NCBI GenBank assembly: GCA_963809665.1
Contig: CAWEKC010000003.1
Location: 25,277-89,276, forward strand
Length of the DNA: 64,000 bases
Source of the DNA: Candidatus Gottesmanbacteria bacterium
GTDB taxonomy: Bacteria; Patescibacteriota; Microgenomatia; UBA10105; UBA927
Reading direction: 5' to 3'
The notes under the pieces: generated by a model
The model's input: only the letters and a program-made list of their open reading frames with translations
Databases searched by the model: none
What the model was told of the DNA's origin: nothing
Translations under genes and position numbers: made by a program
Part shown: piece after piece, positions 1 through 11,300 of the stretch
Position numbering within the stretch: the first letter of the stretch is position 1
Layout of the letters: every line of letters starts with the position of its first letter

Positions 1-16
1 TAAAATAATCGAGGCT

Positions 17-1963
17 ATGGCTGCCACATACACCGTCAAACAGGTCGCAGAAATACTAGGATATAGCACAAATAGTATTTATACCTTCCTCAAAGAAAAA
101 CGCATCAAAGGCGTCCGGGTAGGCAAAGGCAGATTCCGCATTCCGCAAAGCGAATTGAACCGGTTACTTCTTATTTCCAAGAGTCAGACAAGCATGGCGA
201 AAGAGCAGACAGGTATGGTTCCCATAACCGGGACTATTATATCGCCGGATATGGGAGGTATTCCGTTACACGAACAACACCACGTCTTTTCTCTTTCGGT
301 ATTCGGCACAACAAGGACGGTGACTGCGAGCATTTTCGATTGGTTTCTTGGTACTGGGGCGCTGGTTTCCGGCGTTGCCCTGTTCCTTTTCAACCAGACG
401 TTCGACGTTGTACACGTCCAATCGGTGGCGCCGATCATGCCGGCAGTTCGTATTCTCCTCATCGGCGGTGGCATCGGAATACTCCTGACGAATCTTACCT
501 ATACCGCCCACCAAACATGGCACAGAGTATTCCATGGGATCCTGGGTATTGCCGGTATCATCATGACGGTACTTTTAGTATTGACCAGGGATATAGATGC
601 GGTTGCTATCTATGGAACATTAACAGGTGTGATTATCCTTACTATGTTTGTCCGATTGGGGAAAGTTATCCCGTTTGCCCTCTATCTTACGCTCTTGGCG
701 GCAACCGCACCTATTGTCGCGTTTATAGCACCAACTGATTTTCATGTGCTGGCCTTAACCAACGCACTGAATACGACACCTGAAATCACTACCATTATAT
801 TATCGATCCTGTGTATTGTATTCATTCTTCTCCTTTGGGTAGGTCTGTACTGGAAGAAGGTGCTGTTCTGGTTAAGCACCTATGCTGCGGCAACGGCATA
901 TTTTGCATTGGCGTTTTGGTGTGCGTACGACCAATTCTGGTCCCGTGCGTTCTTTTTCATGATTATCGCACTCACATGTATGTATCTGCCGTCGTGGAAT
1001 GACCTTATCACGACCCGGAATAAAAAAGCGCACACAGTAGCCATCGGTGTTTTTTTAGCGATCATAATGGTAGCCCTTACGGGTGTCACGATTGTTCACG
1101 TGACCCAGCTTAATGTTATCGCGACTGTTGAGCGGGAAAATACTCAGAAGGTAGATTATGCCCGTGCGTCCATGGAAGGCGATCTTCGGAGTGTTAAATC
1201 CACAATATCGACAGCATCCATCAATCCGGATTTGGTGACCGCAACTGAGGAAAAAAACACGACATCGCTTATGGATTTGAGCCGCATCATGTTCGACAGC
1301 AGCAACAGTATTCAGAGGCTAGTCATATTGGACAAAGACGGTCAGGTGCTCTTTATGTATCCATTGGGTCAGTCTGGTGAGACGGATTTATCGTTCCGCG
1401 ATTACTTTATCCAGGCGAGGGACACCGGCAGGCTTTATGTGTCCGATATTTTTGAAACGCGCGTTGATAATACGCACCGGAAAGTCGTTACAATCGCTTC
1501 TCCGATTGTTGACGCGGACAAGCAGTTCGTCGGAGTCCTGGCCGCATCCCTTGATTTGGAAGCTATCAGCGCCCGCCTGCAAAAAATTGCAGTGGTTGAC
1601 CGCGGAGAATACATCATTGTACTTGATAGACATGGGAAACGGATCATACATCCCGTATCGTCTCTCCTCGGTACGGATACGGAACCCACTGACCCGACAC
1701 TGTTAGCGTTTCAGGGAAAAACAGGAGTGGGAGAAGGCGATACGTACGATGGAATTCATTCCCTGATTGCGTATACTCCCATCAGCTCTCTTCAATGGGC
1801 GATTGCACTTAAAGCTCCATATAACAATATTTATGCGCTTTCCAGTACGGCGAACATTGTCGTTGCAGGATTTATCATCGTCAGTATCATAATTGCCGCT
1901 ATCATATTCCAACTGGACTACATATATAAATATAAGCAGAATAATGACGGAGGTGGTCCATGA
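17..1963 (+). CDS. Membrane-bound one-component regulator: N-terminal Xis/MerR-type HTH, polytopic membrane region, C-terminal extracytoplasmic Cache-like sensor domain
   Basis: 648-aa ORF. N-terminus ([40 protein letters not shown]) resembles excisionase-family HTH_17, like the small Xis protein at 23105-23305. About 8 hydrophobic helices follow. The C-terminal 250 aa ([38 protein letters not shown]...[12 protein letters not shown]) is Cache/dCache-like. The stop overlaps the start of the next gene (ATGA). Confidence 0.6.
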   Translation: MAATYTVKQVAEILGYSTNSIYTFLKEKRIKGVRVGKGRFRIPQSELNRLLLISKSQTSMAKEQTGMVPITGTIISPDMGGIPLHEQHHVFSLSVFGTTRTVTASIFDWFLGTGALVSGVALFLFNQTFDVVHVQSVAPIMPAVRILLIGGGIGILLTNLTYTAHQTWHRVFHGILGIAGIIMTVLLVLTRDIDAVAIYGTLTGVIILTMFVRLGKVIPFALYLTLLAATAPIVAFIAPTDFHVLALTNALNTTPEITTIILSILCIVFILLLWVGLYWKKVLFWLSTYAAATAYFALAFWCAYDQFWSRAFFFMIIALTCMYLPSWNDLITTRNKKAHTVAIGVFLAIIMVALTGVTIVHVTQLNVIATVERENTQKVDYARASMEGDLRSVKSTISTASINPDLVTATEEKNTTSLMDLSRIMFDSSNSIQRLVILDKDGQVLFMYPLGQSGETDLSFRDYFIQARDTGRLYVSDIFETRVDNTHRKVVTIASPIVDADKQFVGVLAASLDLEAISARLQKIAVVDRGEYIIVLDRHGKRIIHPVSSLLGTDTEPTDPTLLAFQGKTGVGEGDTYDGIHSLIAYTPISSLQWAIALKAPYNNIYALSSTANIVVAGFIIVSIIIAAIIFQLDYIYKYKQNNDGGGP

Positions 1964-4900
1964 TGTCCCGTGAAATCACGGGAGATCAGACGGTTCCGCC
2001 CTCGGGCGGTCTTGTCATTTTATTGGGACGCGTAAAATTAGCCTCAAAAACCGGAATTTACAAGTTTTTACAAGTATTCACCAAAAAAAACACCTGTTTG
2101 TACTACTTTTCCCAAACCCAGGGTGGCGGAATTTCGATCTTTGCACTTCTATTCATGACTATCCTACTCTTTCTGGGTATTACGGTTATGAAGAGCGGGA
2201 TCATTATTCCTCAACAATTAACGTCGCTTGATATCAATACCTCACAGCAAACCGGTATTGCACCGATACCGGCTCTCACAGCTGACGTGTTCTCTAAAAG
2301 CGATTTTTCCGGACCGTTTCTTGTAGTGGTTACACGGGCCGACGGGTCGTATTCCTATGCAATAGTGGATCAGGGAATACTTGTGGACGGTCATTTTGAG
2401 GGAGATGTACGTCTGCATTATCCGAACGGCGATTATGGTGTCATGGTGGAGCAACCCGATAAGTCCGTTCTGTTTATGACCAAGAAAGGCGGACGAGAAA
2501 CGGTGATCCTTACTTATCCGCTCATTGCAGCAATAAGATTGCCGGATGAGTCTATGGTGCCGGTAGAATTCCGTGATGCAACAATCCGCGACGGGGCATT
2601 GGTCGGCGATTTTCTTTTTTTTGAATACGCTGATAGAAAGCAAGTAACGGGCTACGTGACGCCGCGCGGGCAAAAATCGCAATTATCGGCGACACCGACA
2701 CTGACATCGCCTGATCCGGCCACATTACTGACACAGCGAGAAATACTGAAGCTCTATTTTGATATAGTCGGAAACGGTGATGTCAACATATTGGGTGTTA
2801 CAACAGAGAATAACGACACCAACGGATCGGTTAGTATTCAGCCGGGCGGTTTGGTATCAAGCGTCATTGTGGCAGAGCGCAATATCGATGAAGGCACCGT
2901 CCGACTCGTTTCGCCGCAGGGAGTCGCTGTAGGGGCCAACGTAAATATATCACAGCTTCTTCCCCAACTTACCGGTGTCGGAGGTTCATCTTTAACACAA
3001 TTAATCACGCAACTCATTAATCAGGGCGGGAATATTTCGGGAATCGGTGGTGCTGGCGCTACCGGACCGACAGGCCCCGCGGGATCAAGCGGTACAAACG
3101 GTGCGTCTATTACCGGTCCGACGGGGGCTACCGGTGCCGGTGCAACAGGTGCAACAGGAATTCAGGGTGATTCCGGAAGTCAGGGACCGGTCGGTGCAAC
3201 CGGAGAAGCAGGGTCCGGTGGCAGCGGCGGACCAACGGGTAGTACCGGAGCCACGGGCAACGCAGGAGCAAACGGTGATGCAGGCCCAACAGGATCAACG
3301 GGAGCAACTGGAAATGTAGGTTCAAATGGTATAAGCGGTCCAACGGGCGCCACAGGAATGTATGGCCCGACTGGTTCAACAGGAGGAACCGGTTCAGCGG
3401 GTGCAAATGGTCCTACAGGATCCACCGGAGCAACCGGATCAGCTGGTGCGGTTGGACCAACCGGTAGTACCGGGAATATGGGATCTGCAGGAGCATCTGG
3501 TCCAACCGGATCAACGGGCGCGACAGGGAATATCGGGGTTATTGGTGAAACAGGACCGACAGGAACAATAGGTCCTACCGGATTTGCCGGAGGAGCAGGT
3601 CCAACCGGAAGTACTGGTAATAACGGGCCAACAGGATCTACCGGACCAACCGGAAATGTAGGAGCTAATGGAGAAGTTGGTCCAACCGGAGCAATGGGTG
3701 TCACCGGAACTGCCGGAGGTGCGGGTCCTACAGGTCCAACCGGCATAGTCGGAGCCGTAGGAGCTAATGGTCCTACTGGTTCAACCGGAACCAATGGGAG
3801 TATCGGAGAACAAGGATCAACCGGCGCAACCGGAATTATCGGAACACAAGGTAGTTCCGGTCCTACCGGGTCTACAGGTGCAACTGGATTTAATGGTTCA
3901 TCCGGTCCCACAGGATCAACAGGAGCAACGGGAACACAAGGAGCTGTTGGGAGTTCCGGACCTACCGGTTCTACCGGAGCAGGTGGAGCACAAGGCAATT
4001 CTGGACCAACCGGAAGTACCGGAGCCACAGGAACACAGGGAGCTGTAGGTTCTTCCGGACCTACCGGATCAACGGGAGCTACGGGAACAGGCGGAACTCA
4101 AGGGTCATCCGGACCGACAGGTTCAACAGGTGCAACTGGAAGTGCAGGGGCCAATGGTCCCACGGGTTCAACAGGTGCAACTGGAATTGAAGGGGCCAAT
4201 GGTCCCACGGGTTCAACGGGGGCTACCGGAACGGGCGGAGCTAATGGTGCTTCCGGACCTACGGGACCTACTGGCGCAGGCGGAGCACAAGGATCCTCCG
4301 GACCGACAGGTGCTTCCGGTGCAACTGGAATAGGTGGACTACAAGGTTCATCCGGTCCCACAGGATCAACAGGAGCGACAGGAACACAAGGAGCTGTAGG
4401 TAGTTCCGGACCTACTGGGTCAACCGGTGCCACAGGTGGAGGTGGAGCTAACGGTCCTACGGGTTCATCAGGATCTACAGGTTCAACAGGAGCTAATGGT
4501 CCCACAGGTTCAACAGGAGCTACGGGTTCAGCAGGAGCAAACGGCCCTACGGGTTCATCCGGATCTACAGGTTCAACAGGAGCTAATGGTCCTACAGGTT
4601 CAACAGGAGCCACAGGAACGCAAGGAGCTGTAGGTAGTTCCGGACCTACGGGATCAACGGGAGCAGGAGGACTACAGGGAGAATCCGGTCCTACAGGCGC
4701 AACAGGAGCTACAGGAACACAGGGAGCTGTAGGTTCTTCCGGACCTACCGGATCAACGGGAGCAGGCGGAACCCAAGGTTCCTCCGGTCCTACGGGTTCA
4801 ACAGGGGCCACGGGAAATCAGGGATCTATAGGTTCTTTCGGACCCACCGGGAGTACCGGCGCCGAAGGATTACAAGGGTCCTCCGGTCCTACGGGTTCAA

Positions 4901-7900
4901 CAGGGGCCACGGGAAATCAGGGATCTGTAGGTTCTTCCGGACCCACCGGGAGTACCGGCGCCGAAGGATTACAAGGGTCCTCCGGTCCTACGGGATCAAC
5001 GGGAGCAACCGGAGGTGCAGGAGCCAATGGACCTACGGGTTCAACAGGAGTCACAGGAACACAAGGAGCTGTTGGTAGTTCCGGACCCACCGGTTCAACC
5101 GGATCTACGGGTTTAGTAGGAGCCAATGGACCAACGGGTTCAACAGGAGCAACAGGAACACAAGGAGCAAATGGAGCTTCCGGACCAACCGGTTCAACCG
5201 GAGCAGGCGGAACTCAGGGTTCCTCCGGACCTACAGGTTCAACCGGCGCAACCGGAGATGCTGGCGCCAATGGTCCCACAGGTTCAACCGGCGCAACCGG
5301 AGGTGCTGGCGCCAATGGTCCAACTGGTGCAACAGGATCTACGGGTCCAGCAGGAGCAAACGGTCCTACGGGTTCATCAGGTGCAACAGGAACACAAGGA
5401 GCTGTAGGGAGTTCCGGACCTACGGGATCAACGGGAGCAGGAGGACTACAGGGAGAATCCGGTCCAACAGGTGCAACCGGTGCCACCGGAACACAAGGAG
5501 CTGTAGGGAGTTCCGGTCCCACAGGTGCAACCGGAGCTGCAGGATTACAAGGTTCCTCCGGACCTACCGGGAGTACGGGTGCCACCGGAACACAAGGAGC
5601 TGTTGGTAGTTCCGGACCCACCGGGTCAACGGGTGCAACCGGAGGTGCTGGTGCCAATGGTCCCACAGGATCTACAGGATCTACAGGTGCAGGCGGAGCT
5701 AATGGCCCCACAGGATCTACAGGATCTACGGGTGCAGGCGGAGCTAATGGCCCCACCGGGTCAACGGGAGCTACAGGAACAGGCGGAGGTGCTGGACCTA
5801 CGGGTTCAACAGGAGTCACAGGAACACAAGGAGCTGTTGGTAGTTCCGGACCCACCGGGTCAACGGGAGCTACAGGAACAGGCGGCGCTAATGGTGCTTC
5901 CGGACCTACGGGATCTACTGGCGCAAATGGTCAAGAAGGCCCCACTGGAGCAACGGGTCCTACCGGTTCACAAGGTGGAGCTGCGGGTGCTTCCGGTCCC
6001 AGTGGTGCGACCGGTCCCACAGGAACTGCCGGAGCACAAGGTTCATCCGGACCCACCGGGAATACCGGCGCCGAAGGACTCCAAGGAGAATCCGGTCCCA
6101 CAGGTGCAACCGGAGCCACAGGAACGCAAGGATCCGTAGGTTCTTCCGGTCCCACAGGTGCAACAGGATCTGCAGGATTACAAGGATCATCCGGACCTAC
6201 CGGGTCTACAGGATCTACGGGTACGGGCGGAAGTGCTGGTCCTACTGGGAGTTCGGGCGCAACCGGAACCCAAGGATCCGTAGGTTCTTCCGGTCCCACA
6301 GGGTCAACGGGAGCAGGAGGACTACAGGGAGAATCCGGTCCTACGGGTGCAACAGGTGCAGGCGGAGCCAATGGTCCCACCGGTGCAACCGGAGCCACCG
6401 GAACCCAAGGAGCCGTTGGGAGTTCCGGTCCCACCGGGTCAACCGGCGCCGGAGGGTTGCAAGGTTCTTCAGGACCAACCGGGCAACAGGAGCAACCGGA
6501 ACCGGAGGCGCTAATGGTGCATCCGGTCCCACCGGGTCAACGGGATCTGCAGGATTACAAGGGTCATCTGGTCCGACTGGAAGTACCGGTGCAACCGGAG
6601 GTGCAGGAGCCAATGGTCCCACAGGGTCTACCGGTACAGGCGGCGCTAATGGTGCATCCGGACCAACGGGCGCAACAGGTGCAGGTGGAGCCAATGGTCC
6701 CACCGGTGCAACCGGAGCCACCGGAACCCAAGGAGCCGTTGGGAGTTCCGGTCCCACCGGGTCAACGGGATCTGCAGGATTACAAGGGTCATCTGGTCCG
6801 ACTGGAAGTACCGGTGCAACCGGAGGTGCAGGAGCCAATGGTCCCACAGGGTCAACCGGCGCCGGAGGGTTGCAAGGTTCTTCAGGACCAACCGGGTCAA
6901 CAGGAGCAACCGGAACCGGAGGCGCTGATGGGTGCATCCGGTCCCACCGGGTCAACGGGATCTGCAGGATTACAAGGGTCATCTGGTCCGACTGGAAGTA
7001 CCGGTGCAACCGGAGGTGCAGGAGCCAATGGTCCCACAGGGTCTACCGGTACAGGCGGCGCAATGGTGCATCCGGACCAACCGGGTGCAACCGGAGCCAC
7101 CGGAACCCAAGGAGCCGTTGGGAGTTCCGGTCCCACCGGGTCAACGGGATCTGCAGGATTACAAGGGTCATCTGGTCCGACTGGAAGTACCGGTGCAACC
7201 GGAGGTGCAGGAGCCAATGGTCCCACAGGGTCTACCGGCGCAGGTCAGGCGGCGCAATGGTTGCATCCGGACCAACGGGCGCAACAGGTGCAGGTGGAGC
7301 CAATGGTCCCACCGGTGCAACCGGAGCCACCGGAACCCAAGGAGCCGTTGGGAGTTCCGGTCCCACCGGGTCAACGGGATCTGCAGGATTACAAGGGTCA
7401 TCTGGTCCGACTGGAAGTACCGGTGCAACCGGAGGTGCAGGAGCCAATGGTCCCACAGGGTCAACCGGCGCCGGAGGGTTGCAAGGTTCTTCAGGACCAA
7501 CAGGCAGCACTGGAGCAACCGGAACCGAAGGAGCGTTGGGCAGTTCCGGTCCCACCGGGTCAACGGGATCTGCAGGATTACAAGGGTCATCTGGTCCGAC
7601 TGGAAGTACCGGTGCAACCGGAGGTGCAGGAGCGAATGGCCCCACAGGATCTACCGGTACAGGCGGCGCCAATGGTGCGTCTGGACCAACCGGGTCAACC
7701 GGAGCAACCGGAACCCAAGGAGCCGTTGGGAGTTCCGGTCCCACCGGGTCAACGGGATCTGCAGGATTACAAGGGTCATCTGGTCCGACTGGAAGTACCG
7801 GTGCAACCGGAGGTGCAGGAGCCAATGGTCCCACAGGGTCAACCGGCGCCGGAGGGTTGCAAGGTTCTTCAGGACCAACAGGCAGCACTGGAGCAACCGG

Positions 7901-8124
7901 AACCGGAGGCGCTAATGGTGCATCCGGTCCCACCGGGTCAACGGGATCTGCAGGATTACAAGGGTCATCCGGACCTACGGGAAGTACAGGCGCAACAGGT
8001 GCAGGAGCCAATGGTCCCACAGGGTCAACCGGCACGGAACAGGAGCAGTGGAGTCCAGGTCCCACAGGGTCAACGGGACTGCAGGATTACAAGGGTCATC
8101 TGGTCCGACTGGAAGTACCGGTGA
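1960..8124 (+). CDS. Giant collagen-like (Gly-X-Y) surface protein, N-terminal part. A 360-aa N-terminal domain with a TM/signal-anchor is followed by [10 protein letters not shown]-type triple-helix repeats, in frame from about 3050 to 6485. Downstream of 6485 the ORF continues only in a shifted frame.
   Basis: ORF from ATGATG at 1960. A hydrophobic segment ([20 protein letters not shown]) is followed by a globular region. From about nt 3050 there is an uninterrupted (G-X-Y)n run of more than 1100 triplets rich in [10 protein letters not shown]. At about 6485 a 1-nt deletion relative to sister repeats (gggcaacagg versus gggtcaacagg) moves the GXY phase to another frame. Confidence 0.6.
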   Translation: MMSREITGDQTVPPSGGLVILLGRVKLASKTGIYKFLQVFTKKNTCLYYFSQTQGGGISIFALLFMTILLFLGITVMKSGIIIPQQLTSLDINTSQQTGIAPIPALTADVFSKSDFSGPFLVVVTRADGSYSYAIVDQGILVDGHFEGDVRLHYPNGDYGVMVEQPDKSVLFMTKKGGRETVILTYPLIAAIRLPDESMVPVEFRDATIRDGALVGDFLFFEYADRKQVTGYVTPRGQKSQLSATPTLTSPDPATLLTQREILKLYFDIVGNGDVNILGVTTENNDTNGSVSIQPGGLVSSVIVAERNIDEGTVRLVSPQGVAVGANVNISQLLPQLTGVGGSSLTQLITQLINQGGNISGIGGAGATGPTGPAGSSGTNGASITGPTGATGAGATGATGIQGDSGSQGPVGATGEAGSGGSGGPTGSTGATGNAGANGDAGPTGSTGATGNVGSNGISGPTGATGMYGPTGSTGGTGSAGANGPTGSTGATGSAGAVGPTGSTGNMGSAGASGPTGSTGATGNIGVIGETGPTGTIGPTGFAGGAGPTGSTGNNGPTGSTGPTGNVGANGEVGPTGAMGVTGTAGGAGPTGPTGIVGAVGANGPTGSTGTNGSIGEQGSTGATGIIGTQGSSGPTGSTGATGFNGSSGPTGSTGATGTQGAVGSSGPTGSTGAGGAQGNSGPTGSTGATGTQGAVGSSGPTGSTGATGTGGTQGSSGPTGSTGATGSAGANGPTGSTGATGIEGANGPTGSTGATGTGGANGASGPTGPTGAGGAQGSSGPTGASGATGIGGLQGSSGPTGSTGATGTQGAVGSSGPTGSTGATGGGGANGPTGSSGSTGSTGANGPTGSTGATGSAGANGPTGSSGSTGSTGANGPTGSTGATGTQGAVGSSGPTGSTGAGGLQGESGPTGATGATGTQGAVGSSGPTGSTGAGGTQGSSGPTGSTGATGNQGSIGSFGPTGSTGAEGLQGSSGPTGSTGATGNQGSVGSSGPTGSTGAEGLQGSSGPTGSTGATGGAGANGPTGSTGVTGTQGAVGSSGPTGSTGSTGLVGANGPTGSTGATGTQGANGASGPTGSTGAGGTQGSSGPTGSTGATGDAGANGPTGSTGATGGAGANGPTGATGSTGPAGANGPTGSSGATGTQGAVGSSGPTGSTGAGGLQGESGPTGATGATGTQGAVGSSGPTGATGAAGLQGSSGPTGSTGATGTQGAVGSSGPTGSTGATGGAGANGPTGSTGSTGAGGANGPTGSTGSTGAGGANGPTGSTGATGTGGGAGPTGSTGVTGTQGAVGSSGPTGSTGATGTGGANGASGPTGSTGANGQEGPTGATGPTGSQGGAAGASGPSGATGPTGTAGAQGSSGPTGNTGAEGLQGESGPTGATGATGTQGSVGSSGPTGATGSAGLQGSSGPTGSTGSTGTGGSAGPTGSSGATGTQGSVGSSGPTGSTGAGGLQGESGPTGATGAGGANGPTGATGATGTQGAVGSSGPTGSTGAGGLQGSSGPTGQQEQPEPEALMVHPVPPGQRDLQDYKGHLVRLEVPVQPEVQEPMVPQGLPVQAALMVHPDQRAQQVQVEPMVPPVQPEPPEPKEPLGVPVPPGQRDLQDYKGHLVRLEVPVQPEVQEPMVPQGQPAPEGCKVLQDQPGQQEQPEPEALMGASGPTGSTGSAGLQGSSGPTGSTGATGGAGANGPTGSTGTGGAMVHPDQPGATGATGTQGAVGSSGPTGSTGSAGLQGSSGPTGSTGATGGAGANGPTGSTGAGQAAQWLHPDQRAQQVQVEPMVPPVQPEPPEPKEPLGVPVPPGQRDLQDYKGHLVRLEVPVQPEVQEPMVPQGQPAPEGCKVLQDQQAALEQPEPKERWAVPVPPGQRDLQDYKGHLVRLEVPVQPEVQERMAPQDLPVQAAPMVRLDQPGQPEQPEPKEPLGVPVPPGQRDLQDYKGHLVRLEVPVQPEVQEPMVPQGQPAPEGCKVLQDQQAALEQPEPEALMVHPVPPGQRDLQDYKGHPDLREVQAQQVQEPMVPQGQPARNRSSGVQVPQGQRDCRITRVIWSDWKYR

Positions 8125-9240
8125 ACCAGGTGCAGGAGCCAATGGTCCCACCGGTGCAACCGGAGCCACCGGAACCCAAGGAGCCGTTGGGAGTTCCGGT
8201 CCCACCGGGTCAACGGGATCTGCAGGATTACAAGGGTCATCTGGTCCGACTGGAAGTACCGGTGCAACCGGAGGTGCAGGAGCCAATGGTCCCACAGGGT
8301 CAACCGGCGCAACAGGTGCAGGTGGAGCCAATGGTCCCACCGGTGCAACCGGAGCCACCGGAACCCAAGGAGCCGTTGGGAGTTCCGGTCCCACCGGGTC
8401 AACGGGATCTGCAGGATTACAAGGGTCATCTGGTCCGACTGGAAGTACCGGTGCAACCGGAGGTGCAGGAGCCAATGGTCCCACAGGGTCAACCGGCGCC
8501 GGAGGGTTGCAAGGTTCTTCAGGACCAACAGGCAGCACTGGAGCAACCGGAACCGGAGGCGCTAATGGTGCATCCGGTCCCACCGGGTCAACGGGATCTG
8601 CAGGATTACAAGGGTCATCTGGTCCGACTGGAAGTACCGGTGCAACCGGAGGTGCAGGAGCCAATGGTCCCACAGGGTCAACCGGCGCAACAGGTGCAGG
8701 TGGAGCCAATGGTCCCACAGGGTCAACCGGCGCAACAGGTGCAGGTGGAGCCAATGGTCCCACAGGATCTACCGGTACAGGCGGCGCTAATGGTGCATCC
8801 GGACCAACGGGCGCAACAGGTGCAGGTGGAGCCAATGGTCCCACCGGTGCAACCGGAGCCACCGGAACCCAAGGAGCCGTTGGGAGTTCCGGTCCCACCG
8901 GGTCAACGGGATCTGCAGGATTACAAGGGTCATCTGGTCCGACTGGAAGTACCGGTGCAACCGGAGGTGCAGGAGCCAATGGTCCCACAGGGTCTACCGG
9001 CGCCGGAGGGTTGCAAGGTTCTTCAGGACCAACCGGGTCAGCACAGGAGCAACCGGAACCGGAGGCGCTAATGGTGCATCCGGTCCCACCGGGTCAACGG
9101 GATCTGCAGGATTACAAGGGTCATCTGGTCCGACTGGAAGTACCGGTGCAACCGGAGGTGCAGGAGCCAATGGTCCCACAGGGTCAACCGGCGCAACAGG
9201 TGCAGGTGGAGCCAATGGTCCCATACAGGCGGCGCTAATG
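6480..9240 (+). pseudogene. Middle segment of the collagen-like gene with at least 7 frame-disrupting indels. The GXY phase hops between frames (about 6485, 6935, 7063, 7245, 8040-8110, 9046, 9226). Either the giant gene is pseudogenized or this is a repeat-assembly artefact.
   Basis: I aligned repeat copies by eye. Differences from the consensus copy include gctgatgggtgcatcc versus gctaatggtgcatcc (+1), gcgcaatggtg versus gcgctaatggtg (-1), a 2-nt insertion at about 9046 and a 13-nt deletion at about 9226. ORFs 6870..9071 (frame 0) and 8048..9238 (frame 2) carry GXY segments. Confidence 0.5.
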
Positions 9241-11300
9241 GTGCATCCGGACCAACGGGCGCAACAGGTGCAGGTGGAGCCAATGGTCCCACCGGTGCAA
9301 CCGGAGCCACCGGAACCCAAGGAGCCGTTGGGAGTTCCGGTCCCACCGGGTCAACGGGATCTGCAGGATTACAAGGGTCATCTGGTCCGACTGGAAGTAC
9401 CGGTGCAACCGGAGGTGCAGGAGCCAATGGTCCCACAGGGTCTACCGGCGCCGGAGGGTTGCAAGGTTCTTCAGGACCAACAGGCAGCACTGGAGCAACC
9501 GGAACCGGAGGCGCTAATGGTGCATCCGGTCCCACCGGGTCAACGGGATCTGCAGGATTACAAGGGTCATCTGGTCCGACTGGAAGTACCGGTGCAACCG
9601 GAGGTGCAGGAGCCAATGGTCCCACAGGGTCAACCGGCGCAACAGGTGCAGGTGGAGCCAATGGTCCCACAGGGTCAACCGGCGCAACAGGTGCAGGTGG
9701 AGCCAATGGTCCCACAGGATCTACCGGTACAGGCGGCGCTAATGGTGCATCCGGACCAACGGGCGCAACAGGTGCAGGTGGAGCCAATGGTCCCACCGGT
9801 GCAACCGGAGCCACCGGAACCCAAGGAGCCGTTGGGAGTTCCGGTCCCACCGGGTCAACGGGATCTGCAGGATTACAAGGGTCATCTGGTCCGACTGGAA
9901 GTACCGGTGCAACCGGAGGTGCAGGAGCCAATGGTCCCACAGGATCTACCGGTACAGGCGGCGCTAATGGTGCATCCGGACCAACGGGCGCAACAGGTGC
10001 AGGTGGAGCCAATGGTCCCACCGGTGCAACCGGAGCCACCGGAACCCAAGGAGCCGTTGGGAGTTCCGGTCCCACCGGGTCAACGGGATCTGCAGGATTA
10101 CAAGGGTCATCTGGTCCGACTGGAAGTACCGGTGCAACCGGAGGTGCAGGAGCCAATGGTCCCACAGGGTCAACCGGCGCCGGAGGGTTGCAAGGTTCTT
10201 CAGGACCAACAGGCAGCACTGGAGCAACCGGAACCGGAGGCGCTAATGGTGCATCCGGTCCCACCGGGTCAACGGGATCTGCAGGATTACAAGGGTCATC
10301 TGGTCCGACTGGAAGTACCGGTGCAACCGGAGGTGCAGGAGCCAATGGTCCCACAGGGTCAACCGGCGCAACAGGTGCAGGTGGAGCCAATGGTCCCACA
10401 GGGTCAACCGGCGCAACAGGTGCAGGTGGAGCCAATGGTCCCACAGGATCTACCGGTACAGGCGGCGCTAATGGTGCATCCGGACCAACGGGCGCAACAG
10501 GTGCAGGTGGAGCCAATGGTCCCACCGGTGCAACCGGAGCCACCGGAACCCAAGGAGCCGTTGGGAGTTCCGGTCCCACCGGGTCAACGGGATCTGCAGG
10601 ATTACAAGGGTCATCTGGTCCGACTGGAAGTACCGGTGCAACCGGAGGTGCAGGAGCCAATGGTCCCACAGGATCTACCGGTACAGGCGGCGCTAATGGT
10701 GCATCCGGACCAACGGGCGCAACAGGTGCAGGTGGAGCCAATGGTCCCACCGGTGCAACCGGAGCCACCGGAACCCAAGGAGCCGTTGGGAGTTCCGGTC
10801 CCACCGGGTCAACGGGATCTGCAGGATTACAAGGGTCATCTGGTCCGACTGGAAGTACCGGTGCAACCGGAGGTGCAGGAGCCAATGGTCCCACAGGGTC
10901 AACCGGCGCCGGAGGGTTGCAAGGTTCTTCAGGACCAACAGGCAGCACTGGAGCAACCGGAACCGGAGGCGCTAATGGTGCATCCGGTCCCACCGGGTCA
11001 ACGGGATCTGCAGGATTACAAGGGTCATCTGGTCCGACTGGAAGTACCGGTGCAACCGGAGGTGCAGGAGCCAATGGTCCCACAGGGTCAACCGGCGCAA
11101 CAGGTGCAGGTGGAGCCAATGGTCCCACCGGTGCAACCGGAGCCACCGGAACCCAAGGAGCCGTTGGGAGTTCCGGTCCCACCGGGTCAACGGGATCTGC
11201 AGGATTACAAGGGTCATCCGGACCTACGGGAAGTACAGGCGCAACAGGTGCAGGCGGAGCGAATGGCCCCACAGGATCTACCGGTACCGGCGGGGCCAAT
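6480..11300 (+). repeat. Tandem array of at least 6 near-identical 729-bp units (243 codons = 81 Gly-X-Y triplets; sub-blocks of about 501 + 228 bp) inside the collagen-like gene
   Basis: Identical antisense ORF images lie at 9964 and 10693 (729 bp apart). Identical sense strings (tgcatccggaccaacgggcgcaacaggtgcaggtggagcc...) recur at 9241, 9741, 9969, 10476 and 10699. Long stretches have no stops in 2 sense frames and 1 antisense frame. Confidence 0.85.

Noticed and set aside
6480-11300. Regular periodic repeats that could superficially suggest a CRISPR array
   Set aside because: The period is 729 bp with no short direct-repeat/spacer structure. The repeats are protein-coding Gly-X-Y units.
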